NCBI GenBank assembly: GCA_963707025.1
Contig: CAVPOM010000004.1
Location: 448,001 to 512,000 of the forward strand
Reading direction: 5' to 3'
Source of the DNA: an uncultured Verrucomicrobiae bacterium
GTDB taxonomy: Bacteria > Verrucomicrobiota > Verrucomicrobiia > Limisphaerales > Palsa-1400
Length of the DNA: 64,000 nt
Below, piece by piece: positions 32,293-42,786 of the stretch. Positions within the stretch are counted from its first letter, which is position 1. Each line of letters starts with the position of its first letter. A model generated the notes under the pieces. That model worked only from the letters and a program-made list of their open reading frames with translations. It made no database searches and was not told the DNA's origin. Made by a program: the position numbers and the translations under genes.

Positions 32293-34922
32293 CTATGGCA
32301 CTTCGGGAAGCAGGCCGCTTTCCAGTGGGACGGGCTTTGCCTCCAGGCGCGCGACGGCGGGTTCCAGGCCGGGCCGGGCGGCGGTGAGGGTGATGACGCC
32401 GGGAGTCAGGGTCGAACGGATCGCCACGCGGTTGATGCCGCACTCGGTGTCGAGGTACAACTTGTTGACAGAGTTTGTCCGGCCGCTGTTGTAACCGCCG
32501 CGCCAAGTCGCCGGGCCGGTTACGCTGAAATCCACGCGGGCGGCGTCGGTCGGGCAGCGGCGGCCCTGGGCGTCCACGGCCTCGATGTCGAAAAAGGCCA
32601 CGTCGGAGGCGTCGGCTTGCAGGCCGTTGGGGCCGGTATGCGCAGTGAGCTTCAGGCGCCTGGGTTCGCCGGCGGTTTGGATTTCGTCCTGGGCGGCGGT
32701 TTGGCCATTGCGGGTGGCGACGGCCTTGATGGCGCCGGGTTCAAATTTGATTTCCGGGAAGGCAAAAATATAGCCGGTGTCTCCGTAATCAGTGGTTCGG
32801 TTGTTGTAGGTGTCCACGAAGTGCAACGGCTGGCGGGCCGCGCCCAAAGATTTGCCGTTGACGAAAAGTTCCACCGCGTCGCAATGACTGGCCGCGACGA
32901 AAATGGTTTTCACCGTGTTGGACGGGTAGGTCCAGTGGCCGATAATGTGGATGTCCGGGTCCGGGTTTTGCATGACGCGATAGACATAATAGGCCTGCTT
33001 GGGCAGGCGCACCGCATCCACTTTGCCGCTGACGCGGCAGACTTCGCTGCTGTCCTGGCGGCCGTCGGCGTTGGCATCGGACCAGTAAATGGAGGCGTAG
33101 CCGGACCATTTGGAGTGGGCCGGGTCCGGGTTGGAAATGCGGTTGCTGAAGTAATCGTGGTAGCGGGCGGCGGCGGCCAGGCAGAAAGTCTCCGAGTTCC
33201 AGTGATAAGTGTCTTTGGGGCCGGGCTTGAAGCCGTAGTGGGGAGGGGAGAAGTCGTCCCAGAATCTCCGGGCGGCTTCGTCGCGAAAATCCTCCGTCTC
33301 GATCAGCGGCGCCTTGTCGCGGCGTTCGGCGCTGTAGCCGCGAAAGATGTCGGTTTTCCCGCTCAACCGGTCGGTGCGCGGGTCCTGGCCGATCATCACG
33401 CCGTAGTACTCCGCAATGGGCGTCAGGGCGGTGTTGGCCGCGTTGTCGCTGTTGCCGCGCGTGCCCATGACGCGGCCGCCCTCGGGGTCCCATTGCTGGC
33501 GCAAGGCCACCATCTGCCGCATGTGCTCCGGCGTCACCACCGTGTTGCCCGCTTCCCAGAAAACTATGCTGGGCGTGTTGCGATAGAAGATGATGGAGTC
33601 GCGCATGACTTCCAACCGCTGTTGCCATTGCAGCGCGGCGACATCCGGCGGCAGACGGCGATCCAGAACCGGGTCGCCCTCCTTGTCGCCGGCGGGACAG
33701 ACTTCAATGAGGCCGGCTTTGTCGCAGGCCGAGACATCGGCGCGCTGGGGCGAGATGTGCATCCAGCGGACGTAGTTGGCGTGGGTGCTGCGCACCAGCG
33801 CGGCGTTGAAGTCATGCATCCAATCCGGATAGGCCTGGCCCAGCCCGGCCCAATCGTCCGAGGCCCGTTGCGCGTAGCCGGTGAGCCAGACGAAATGGTC
33901 GTTCAGCCAGACGCCGCCCTGGCCCGCGCCGCCCTTGAATTCAGCCTTGCGAAAGCCGGTGCGCGTCCGGCAAACGTCCACCACTTTGTCGTTGACCGTC
34001 AGGACCGTGTAAACGTCGTAGAGATACGGATCGTTCACATCCCAGAAACGCGCGGCCGCCAGCGGCCCGCCGGCGGCGAGGGTTCCGGTCTGGCCGCCGT
34101 CCAAAGCAGAGGCCTCCCCTTGGAATTTGGCCCGCACCACGCCCCCGGCGTCCACCACCACGGCGGACAAGGCGACCGATTGGGCATCGGCGGATTCATT
34201 GCGCACCTGCGACTGGATGGACAGATCGCAGCTTTTATTGGCGATGGAAAAATGCGACGGAACGATGTAAAGGCCCGTCGTCTTGAGGTTCTCGTAGAGG
34301 GGCAGGGTTTGATAGATCTTGCCCGTCAGGATCAGGCGGATGTCATGATTCAGCCCGCCGTAGTTGGGATTGAAGGCCCGGCCCATCCATTCAAATTCCG
34401 CGCCGGATTCCTCCTTGTAATTGTTGCTGTTGTCCACTTTGACGGCCAGGAGGTTGTCGGCGCCGCCAAAATTCACCAGTTCGGTCAGGTCCAGCCCGCA
34501 GGGGGTGATGCCGTTTTCGTATTTGCCGGCGAATTTGCCGTTGACCCAAAAACGGCCCGCTTGTTTGAGCCCTTCAAACTCCAAAAAAACTTTCCCGCCT
34601 GCCGCCTGGCCGGCAGCTTGAAATGCTTGCGATACCAGGCGATGCCCGCGTAGGGGCGCCGGTCGCCGCCGCTGTGGTCAATGAGGCCCTGGTAAGAGTC
34701 GGTGTCGTTGTAAGTGTGCGGCGCGCTCACGCTCGCCCAGGCCGAGTCGTCGCAATCCATCTGTTGGGCATTGGCGGCATCCTCGCGGATGAATTTCCAG
34801 CCGGCGTTAAAATTATAAATGGCGCGCGGCGAAGGCGGGGGCGCGAAGGGCGGGCTGCCGGCGCCAGCGGCCAGCGCCCCGGCGGCCAGCAACCCGGCGG
34901 CAAGAGCGGTTGCAGTTTTCAT
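32293..34922 (-). CDS. GH2-family glycoside hydrolase, secreted (frameshift near 34600)
   Basis: Signal MKTATALAAG. YNFNAGWKF, WYRKHF, EFEGLKQ, NYGGL, TGFRKAEF, PSIVFWEAGN, HIIGHWTYP, VELFVNGKSLG. Confidence 0.85.
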
Positions 34923-34986
34923 TTTGTGATATTCTGCAAGGTAAAACGGCGGCAGCACTCGGTCGAGGGAATTATGGGTGTACGCC

Positions 34987-35023
34987 AAAAAGCCCCCGCC
35001 CAGTCTTGCGACTGCGCGGAGGC
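34987..35023 (-). terminator. Rho-independent terminator closing the putative large ncRNA
   Basis: Minus strand GCCTCCGCG-CAGTC-GCAA-GACTG-GGCGGGGGC-TTTTT. Confidence 0.75.
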
Positions 35024-35855
35024 AAATTGGGGATGGGAGTTCGCCACTCTCTCTTTCCCACGCTGACATTAGGCGCGCCCTCGCGGGGCTGCCAGCTTCC
35101 CGACGCCATTCTCCACGGCAAGCGGAGTCTTCGGCCTCATAGCAGGGCCGTCCAGCGCCTTGCGGTCGCTGAATCATCGAGTGAGGCTTTTCAGCTCGCT
35201 TGGGCTGGTGGTTGCGACACCGGCTTGCGAACCAGGTGAAGACACGCTTGTGACTGCGGTTCCGCGTCTTCACCGTTTAGCGCTGGGTCGGCCGCCGCTT
35301 TTGGCGGCGCGTTGGCCCAGTGCCACGGGTCTCGCCTCTTATCTCTCAGGTTGCATTTCGCTCACAAGCCAGCGGCGCCGTTTTTAACATCGCCGGCCTT
35401 TTGGAAGGTTTTCACGAGACCATGCCTGGGCCTGCGTGTCCTTCCCGGTTGCGAAGACGCCGCTTTGTCCCGCCTTTCGGCGTCTTTACTGGCGACCGGT
35501 TGCAGAGGCCGGCAGAGTCGCTCCTTCCGTGCTGATGCGCAGTAGCAACCGTTTACCCTCTGGGTAACTGCGATTCCCCCAGGCCCGAAACCTGCCTGAG
35601 CTACTTGACCCGGCTCGGAACGGTTTCTCTTTCGTTCCTGGCCGCTCAGTTCCTCTTTCGCGTTACTGACGGCGCGCGAACGCCGCCAGAGGAACTGGTG
35701 AATTCTGCCTCCGGTCTCCGCTCCTTGCGAAGCGGACTTAGAGGGGCTGGGCCAACCAGCCTGACTCAACCTTTCCCCAGTCACCTGGGATTATCTTGGA
35801 TGTTCCGCAACTTTCTTGCGTCCGCCGCGGGCATCCGCGTTCTTTCAAGGAACTG
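34987..35855 (-). ncRNA. Putative large (~870 nt) structured non-coding RNA; MISL/GOLLD-like size class, family unassigned
   Basis: No credible CDS. Continuous hairpins on the minus strand, many with GNRA loops (UCCCAG-GUGA-CUGGGG, UCCGCUUC-GCAA-GGAGCGGA, CGCC-GAAA-GGCG, CAGCGACC-GCAA-GGCGCUG, CCC-GCGA-GGG). Helices 35647-56/35688-97 and 35235-46/35263-74. Flanked by a putative promoter and terminator. Confidence 0.8.
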
Positions 35856-36037
35856 TCCACAAATTAGCACAACTGGCAAAAAAAAGTATCAAATGTTATG
35901 CACAGGTTTGTTCACCGCCGACCCCACTTATTCACCGCCGCCCGCCGCCACAATCCTCAACATTGACGGGCTTTTTTCCGCATTCAGTCAACATAATTCC
36001 GACGCCCGATCCGCCGCGCCCCGCCCGCGGTGGATAA
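35853..36037. promoter_or_regulatory. Cluster of DnaA-box-like 9-mers
   Basis: TTATGCACA 35896-35904 fits TTWTNCACA. Near matches: CTGTCCACA 35853, TTGTTCACC 35908, TTATTCACC 35928, TTTTCCGCA 35974, and TTATCCACC on the minus strand at 36029-36037. Confidence 0.5.
35861..35892 (-). promoter_or_regulatory. Putative sigma70 promoter of the large ncRNA
   Basis: Minus strand TTGATA-ctttttttt...-TGC-TAATTT (extended -10; the -35 spacing is long). Confidence 0.5.
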
Positions 36038-36081
36038 GTTTTTTTCGCAAAAACCGCGAAATCCTGCCGGAGCGCCGGCCC

Positions 36082-36312
36082 TCAGGCCGCCGCCGGCGCC
36101 GCCGGCGCCACCGGGGCCGCTGCCGCTGCTGGGGCCGTTGCTGCCGCCGGGGCCGCCGCCGCCGCTGGGGCCGTTGCTGCCGCCGGGGCTGCCGCCGCCA
36201 CTGGCGCTGCAACGGCCTTCTTCGGCGGTTTGGTCTTGGCAGCGGTCTTTTTGCGTTTGATGTGTGCGACGCGCCGCTGGCGCTTGAGGACTTTGTTATA
36301 TTGCTTGCCCAT
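36082..36312 (-). CDS. Small very basic protein with an Ala/Pro tail
   Basis: MGKQYNKVLKRQRRVAHIKRKKTAAKTKPPKK followed by AAAPAA repeats. Confidence 0.75.
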   Translation of the reverse strand: MGKQYNKVLKRQRRVAHIKRKKTAAKTKPPKKAVAAPVAAAAPAAATAPAAAAAPAAATAPAAAAAPVAPAAPAAA

Positions 36313-36355
36313 AATTCGTTGCCTTATGCTCGGTTCAGTTGTTAATTGGAGCAAT

Positions 36356-36925
36356 ATGAAGTTTTGGCTGCGTTCATTCAATATCTATTTGTTGGCGGCT
36401 GCGGCCGCTCTGGCCAGCGGCTGCGGTTCAAACTTCTTCGGCATGAAAAAGGAATACTCCACTTTGCGCGTTTATTTGGAGGGGTCCCCGGCCGAGTCGT
36501 CCATGGTCTATGTGACGCGCGCCAAGACCCCCATGTACGTCGCCGCCGAGCCGTTCCTCACCGAAGAGGATGTCAGCCGGGCCAAGCTGGTGGACAATCC
36601 GGACGACACCTTCGACATCCAAATCACCTTCAATGATCACGGCGCGCTGGTGCTGGACATGACCACCACCACCAGCCGGGGCAAGCATCTCATCATCTTT
36701 TCGCATTTTCCCCCGAAAGGCTGGAAGCAACCGCAGGACACCGGCGTTGACGCCGTGGCCAAGCCCGAGCCGGGGCAGCCCCGCGTTTCCGGCTGGCTGG
36801 CCGCGCCCTTGATCCGGACCGGCCTGTCCAATGGCTCGCTCAAGTTCACCCCGGACGCCACCCACGAGGAGGCGGAACGGATCGTGCGGGGATTGAACAA
36901 CACGGTGGCGGATGCGGATAAATAG
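36356..36925 (+). CDS. Lipoprotein with a SecD/F P1-head-like domain
   Basis: LASGC lipobox, PFLTEEDVSRAKLV, IQITFNDHG..L...T, AAPLIR, EAERIVRGLN. Confidence 0.65.
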   Translation: MKFWLRSFNIYLLAAAAALASGCGSNFFGMKKEYSTLRVYLEGSPAESSMVYVTRAKTPMYVAAEPFLTEEDVSRAKLVDNPDDTFDIQITFNDHGALVLDMTTTTSRGKHLIIFSHFPPKGWKQPQDTGVDAVAKPEPGQPRVSGWLAAPLIRTGLSNGSLKFTPDATHEEAERIVRGLNNTVADADK

Positions 36926-36939
36926 GCCTGGCCACTGCT

Positions 36940-37952
36940 ATGTCGCGGATGCGGTTATTTTTTTTGGCGGCGGCGGTTTTGGGGTGGAGCGCGGCGGTCC
37001 GGGCGCAGCCGTTTTTTTTGCCGACGGCCAATCACGCCTTGTTCGAGAAGGGGAAGGAGGCGGATTTTTTTGTGCCCACGCCCGGCAAGACGTGGGAAAC
37101 CGGCTGCTTCGGCTGCGTGCGCACCGACCGCCGGCAAATGCACGAGGGGCTGGACATCAAATGCCTGCAACGCGACAGCCGCGGCGAACCGGCCGATCTG
37201 GTCCTGGCCACCGCCGCCGGCACGGTGGTTTACCTCAACGACCGCCCGGCCCTTTCCAATTACGGGCGTTATCTGGTCCTGCGCCATCTCATCGGCGGCA
37301 TGGAAGTCTATTCCCTTTACGCCCATTTGCACTCCCTGCGTAGCGATCTCAAGGCCGGCCTGGCGGTGCAGGCGCAGGAACCGGTGGCCGTGATGGGCCG
37401 GACCTCCAACACGGCGGAAACCATTTCCAAGGAGCGGGCCCATGTCCATTTTGAGTTGAATTTGTTTTACAGCGATCATTTCGCCGCCTGGTACAAAACG
37501 CATTTTCCCGGGGAACGCAATGATCACGGAGTGTGGAACGGGGAAAACCTGGTGGGGTTCGACCCGAGCCTGGTCCTGCTGGCCGAGCGGGAGGAGGGGA
37601 CAAATTTCGACTTGACATCCTGGCTGCAACACCGCGCCGCCTTGTGCCGCGTGCTCGTGCGCAAGACCGATGTGCCCTGGGTCAAGCGGTATCCCATGCT
37701 CCTCGCCCCCAATCCGACCGCGCAAAAAGAGGGCGTGGCCGGATATGAAATCGCGCTGGACTACAACGGCCTGCCCTTCGCCTGGGTGCCGCGCGCCGCC
37801 TCCGAGATCAAGGGGCCCGCCAAATACCGCCTCCTCTCCGTCAACGAAGCGGAGGAAACGCAAAACCCCTGCCGCAGGCTGGTCCGGCAGCAGGCCGCCG
37901 CTGGCAACTGGCCCCCTACGGCATCAGCTTGCTGGACCTGTTGACGCAATGA
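36940..37952 (+). CDS. M23-family metallopeptidase (frameshift near the 3' end)
   Basis: HEGLD, NYGRYLVLRH, SLYAHL, AHVHFE. The alternative frame ends LLDLLTQ*. Confidence 0.88.
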
Positions 37953-37964
37953 GGTCATGCCGCC

Positions 37965-39080
37965 ATGAAAAGAACCAGGCCCGTCCTTCTCGCCGCGCTG
38001 CTCCTGGCCGCCCCGGCGGCGGTGCAGGCCCAATTCAGTTACACGACCAATAACGGCGCGATCACCCTCACCGGATACACGGGGGCCGGGGGTGCGGTGG
38101 TCATTTCCAATTTCGTCACCGGCATCGGCGGGTTTGCGTTCTATAACAACACCAGCCTGACCGGCGTCACCATTCCCGGCAGCGTCACCAGCATCGGGGA
38201 AGGCGCGTTCTTTTACTGCACCAACCTGGCCGGCGTCGCCATTCCCGGCAGCGTGGCCGGCATTGGCGACTATGCTTTCGATAGCTGTTTCAGCCTGACC
38301 AACGCCACCATTGCCGACGGCGTCACCAACATCGGGCAGGCGGCGTTCGAGGAGTGCTCCAGCCTGGGCAGCATCACCGTTCCTGGCAGCGTGGCCAGCA
38401 TCGGGCCGTCGGCTTTCGATAGCTGCTTCAGCCTGACCAACGCCACGGTTGACTTCGGCGTCGCCAGCATCGGGGCGGCGGCCTTCTCTTACTGCGAAAG
38501 GCTGGCCGGCGCCGCCATTCCGGCCAGCGTCACCAACCTCGGCGACCATGCGTTCTATTACTGCTACCTCCTGACCAATGTCACCATTCCGGAGAGCATC
38601 ACCAGCCTCGGGGAATCTGCGTTTCAGAACTGCTCCAGCCTGGCCGGCGTCACCATTCCAGGCAGCGTCACCAACCTCGGCGAGGCGGCGTTCTCCGATT
38701 GCGCCAGCCTGGCCGGCGTCTATTTCAAGGGCAACGCTCCCGCCGCGGATTCGTCCGTGTTTGCTTCCGACAGCAACGCGACGGTCTATTATTTGCCTGG
38801 CGCCACCGGCTGGAGTTCGCCCTTTGCCGGCCTGCCGGCCCTGCTGTGGAACCCGAAGATCCAAACCGGCGACGGCAGCTTTGGCGTGCAAAACCAGCAA
38901 TTTGGATTCAACATCACCGGGACCGCCAACATCCCCATCGTGGTGCAAGCCAGTGCAAGTCTGGCCAACCCCGTTTGGACTCCGCTCCAGACCCTCACCC
39001 TCACCAACGGTTTGTACTATTTCAGCGAACCTTATCAGTCGAACCTCTCCGCCCGCTTCTACCGCATCACTTCCCAATGA
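37965..39080 (+). CDS. BspA-type leucine-rich repeat surface protein
   Basis: Signal peptide and 23-aa repeats IP.SVT.IG..AF..C..L. C-terminal Verrucomicrobia-type tail ending RFYRI. Confidence 0.92.
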   Translation: MKRTRPVLLAALLLAAPAAVQAQFSYTTNNGAITLTGYTGAGGAVVISNFVTGIGGFAFYNNTSLTGVTIPGSVTSIGEGAFFYCTNLAGVAIPGSVAGIGDYAFDSCFSLTNATIADGVTNIGQAAFEECSSLGSITVPGSVASIGPSAFDSCFSLTNATVDFGVASIGAAAFSYCERLAGAAIPASVTNLGDHAFYYCYLLTNVTIPESITSLGESAFQNCSSLAGVTIPGSVTNLGEAAFSDCASLAGVYFKGNAPAADSSVFASDSNATVYYLPGATGWSSPFAGLPALLWNPKIQTGDGSFGVQNQQFGFNITGTANIPIVVQASASLANPVWTPLQTLTLTNGLYYFSEPYQSNLSARFYRITSQ

Positions 39081-39302
39081 GCCGTGCCTTCAGAACATTC
39101 CTCGCCGTGCTGACAAAACCCCGCTGCGTGGGTCCGCCAGGCACCTGGCGGCAGGCCATCCGATCCGCGCTCGTTCAACAGCTTTTGGTCCAGGCGTTCA
39201 CCAGCATGATACTCGATGGAGGTGTTCTATGCTGCATCTGCTGTTTGCTCGACATTATCAGCGGAAAGCCAAATGACGTTGGGACGTTTTGTTTGCTATT
39301 GG

Positions 39303-39521
39303 CAATCCCAACGGGATTGCATCTTGCAGCCCACGGTTGCGAGGAACGAGCTACCCTGGGTGAGATCGCAGAAGAATCACCACCCTGCAAGGGTTGGATC
39401 TGTTTCCTCAGGCTTTGATATTCGACCCTTGCAGGGTTGTGTAACTTGAATGCATTGACCCACGGTAGGCCTCTGGAAATCGGCCAACCTTGGGCTGAGT
39501 GATTCAATCCCTTCGGGATTG
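39303..39521. repeat. REP/BIME-like palindromic element
   Basis: Terminal hairpins CAATCCC-AAC-GGGATTG and CAATCCC-TTC-GGGATTG, with internal ACCCT..AGGGTTG hairpins. Confidence 0.65.
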
Positions 39522-39934
39522 CACGACGGTTATGGGCCGCGATTTGATGAACCAGCCGTTTCGTTGTTTCCGGCTGTGCGGCCACGTCTGGTTTCAGGAA
39601 TCGAAAAATTCGATGCAGGCACATTTTTTATCAATTTAAGCATTTAGCAGGCCGGGTTTACGGTTGCGACATGAGAATACTGAAACGCCTGCGCTTTCTC
39701 GCCAGCACTCTGTTGGCACTGTTGACCTCCGGCTGCCTGATTGTTGAGCTCGCGCCCTCGCACTCCTCCTGGCCAAAACCCGTCGCAGCGAAAGATCTTC
39801 GGCAGTTCGAGGGGGTCTATCGAAACCACAGTCTCGAGGCCGGGAGCGACTTGGACTTGGAGCGCGGCACCCAACTTTTCGACTTCCTTGCCGGCCAAGG
39901 CCATTCCCACGGCGACAACGGAATGCGGGTCGAA

Positions 39935-41412
39935 TGAGGTGGACCCCATCCTTTAGACCACGGAGCGCGGAGAATAAGATAGACTCTGGAGGTCCGCTGT
40001 CATTTGTATTTTTGTTTGTCTGTTGTTCATTCCGCGCTTCCAAACCCTTTCGAAAAGAGAGAACGAGCCGCGCCTGGCACCGCCCGTCCTCCCTCTCCGT
40101 TTTCTTAGGGTTTCCAACCTTACCGCCGCAGGCGGTCTGATTTCAAGTTTTTCCGGCCTGCCTAGCCCTCCTTGGGCTGCATCGCTTCCCATCGGGCCGG
40201 TTGGGCTCCGTAGGCCCCGGGATCAGAATACACGGCCGCGGGCGTCGCATAGTGCAAAGCCGCGTGCGGACGCAACCGGTTGTAATCCTCAAACCAGCGC
40301 GCCAGCCCGCGCCCGGCCTCGATCCCGTCCAGGTAATCTTGCAGATATATGTCCTCATGCTTGACGCTCCGCCACAACCGCTCGATAAACCGGTTGTCCA
40401 TCCACCGCCCCCGGCCATCCATGCTCACGTCCACCCCCGCCGATTCCACCGCGTCGATATACAGCGGCGAAGTGAACTGCGACCCCTGGTCGGTGTTGGC
40501 GATCAGCGGGGCCTTCCGCCCGCTCTACAGCGCCGCTTCCCAGGCGTCCACGCAGAAGGCGCTCTCCAACGTGTTGCTCAAGCGCCACGCCAGCACATAC
40601 CGGCTCCACCAATCCATCACCGCCACCAGATACATAAACCCCTGTGCCATCGGCACATAGGTGATGTCCGCGCACCAAGCCTGATCGGGCCCGGTGATCT
40701 CCAACTCGCCCAACAGATACGGATAGATCTGATGGCCCGGCCCCGGCAGGCTGGTCCGGGGTTTGCGGTAGATGGCCTCGATGCCCATGACCCGCAACAG
40801 CCGCACCACCCGCTTGCGATTGACTTCCCAGCCCTCCCGGCCCAACAGCACCCGCAACTTGCGGCTGCCATAGACCGGATGGTCCAAGTGCAACTGGTCC
40901 AAACGCCGCATCAGCGCCAGATTCTCCGGCGTCTCGGGGCACGGTTGGTAATAGTAACTGCTCCGGCATAAATCCAGCAGGTCGCACTGATGCCGCACGC
41001 TCACCTGCGCATCCGGGCCGACCAACTCCGCCAGGCTCTTTAAAGGCCCAGTTGTTTGGATTTTTTTTTCAGCCAGTCCAGGTCCACCGTCAACTGCCCG
41101 ATCTTCTGGTGCAATTGCCCGATCAACTCCTCCTGGTCCTGCGCTGCCCGCATGCCCCGCCTCAAACAGGTCGGGCAACCGGTCGCGAATCGTCGCTTTC
41201 CATTGCGTGACCTGGGTCGGATGCACCGCGTACTCTCGCGCCAGCTGCGCGACCGTCTTAAGCCCCACCAGGGCTTCGAATCCCACTTTGGCCTTGAAGG
41301 CCGCACTGTGCCGCTTCCGTTTTGTTTTCATCAGTCTGCTTTCTCTCATTTCCAGCAGACCAACAAAAGTCTATCTTCTTCAGCAGTGGTCTAGTTTTTG
41401 GGGACCCCCTCA
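39935..41412 (-). mobile_element. IS3-family insertion sequence, 1478 bp
   Basis: TG...CA ends. Inverted repeats TGAGGTGGACCCCATCCTTTAGACCA and TGAGGGGGTCCCCAAAAACTAGACCA. 3 bp target duplication GAA. Confidence 0.95.
40162..41331 (-). CDS. IS3-family transposase OrfA/OrfB
   Basis: OrfA HTH RHSAAFKAKV..LAREYAVHPTQVTQWK, poly-A slippery run 41061-41069, OrfB WCADITY, DNRFIERLWRSVKHE, YNRLRPH. Extra frameshifts are present. Confidence 0.92.
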
Positions 41413-41873
41413 GAACTCCATTTTGCGCCAGACGGGAGTTCGTTGCACGTACGCTTGTTTGACCGGCAAGACCGCGAGATTGATTCCGCCACCTTGCAGC
41501 GCGGCGCGGCTTTCGCTTTCTCCGATGGGGCACTGGTGCTTTACGGCCCTTTTTCGGGCCTGCGGAATAATTCCGGCAACTTCGGCCCTAACGCACAATA
41601 TCAACGAGACAAATTGCACCTTGCGTCAACCGGCGGCCTCCTTGGGCACGAACGCCAGGATGAGGTTGGACTTTTATTCGACGTTATTCCTGTGGCAAGC
41701 ACGAGTGGATCATCCATGTTTTGGCCCAAGCTCGCCCCATGAGGATTTTGTGTCAACGCTCCGTGCCGGTGTCCATCCTCACTATAACGGCTCCTCTGGC
41801 GCAGTGCGCCGTTCAGACTCTTGCGGCAGTTCGCGACGGCTTGCCGCGCTGACCTTCGGCGTCTTTCCGTGGC

Positions 41874-41910
41874 CCACCACTCCATCACTCCATCACTCCA
41901 CCACTCCATC
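41874..41910 (+). repeat. 8 bp tandem repeat
   Basis: CCA(T/C)CACT repeated about four times. Confidence 0.8.
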
Positions 41911-42267
41911 CGCGCTCCAATTTGTTGCAACTCGTTGCAAATCAACGAACGGCTGTGTCAGAACGGGAAACAGCGGCTTTCCCAGTCTCCGTGCTCTCCG
42001 CGTTCTCCTGTTCAAACCTCTTCTTCATTCCCTGTCCTCCGTCCTGTCCTCCGTAGGCCCGGCGAAGGTGGAAGGCCCTGCGGAGGAGGATGCATTCTGG
42101 ATTCCCCCTTCTTTTCCATCCGTGTGATCCGCGCCATCCGTGGCAGCATTCTTCTGCTGCGGTCTGCCAGCATCCGCATCTTGCCCCTCCGCTATGGGCC
42201 GATTAAGTTACTCAAGTGTCTAATGCTTAGGGCCTTGCCAAAATCCGCATTTTTTCGCGTTTTTTCG

Positions 42268-42295
42268 TTGACGGCACTAATTTATATGCTAAAAT
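42268..42295 (+). promoter_or_regulatory. Putative sigma70 promoter
   Basis: TTGACG-N16-TAAAAT with a TG extension. Confidence 0.5.
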
Positions 42296-42730
42296 TCGCA
42301 TAGTGAGAAGAGGAACGGCAACAGTGGCAGCGGACGGCGGCGGGAATCGGGACGGGATTCCTCCCGCGCTGCCTTCGCCATCCACCGGCCTCGGGCGCAT
42401 TTCACTTGTTTTGGCGCTGCTTTGACTCGGGCAGCTTTAAGCGATTCCAACGATTGAAAACTGGTCCTCGCGAATTGGTCATTTGTCATCTACAACCTCT
42501 TCCGATAACCAATAACAAATCTTCGATGACCAATTCTCAATCGAGCGGTAAATCAACGGAAGGTCCTGTCCATGAATAATTTACATTCCAGACTGGGCTA
42601 TCTCCAACCAGGGTCAATCAGGCCCAATCAAGGTGTTTTTTTGAACCAAAGGACCCACCAATCCATCACTCCAAAACCTTCGCGAGCCACTCAGGTATTC
42701 CTATCTCGCGCATTAAAACCGACCCCAGAA

Positions 42731-42786
42731 TTTTCACCTAATTTCACCTAATTTCACCTAGTTTCACTTGATTTCACCTAGTTTCA
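42731..42786 (+). repeat. 10 bp tandem repeat
   Basis: (A/G/T)TTTCACCTA about 5.5 times, one copy degenerate. Confidence 0.9.

Larger units (their letters stand above)
39671..41742 (+). pseudogene. Hypothetical lipoprotein gene interrupted by an IS3-family element
   Basis: Removing 39935-41415 rejoins ...ATG CGG GTC GAA CTC CAT TTT (MRVELHF) in frame. LTSGC lipobox. Confidence 0.85.

Noticed and set aside
34987..35855. RNase P RNA, tmRNA or a group II intron as the identity of the structured region
   Set aside because: I found no GAGGAAAGTCC core, no tRNA-like GGGG...TCCACCA ends, no GTGCG 5' end or domain V hairpin, and no interrupted host gene. It is also much longer than RNase P RNA or tmRNA.
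35160..36345. Short ORFs overlapping the structured region (35160-35387, 35312-35545, 35362-35784, 35605-36345)
   Set aside because: No recognisable motifs, mostly non-ATG starts, and composition typical of non-coding frames.
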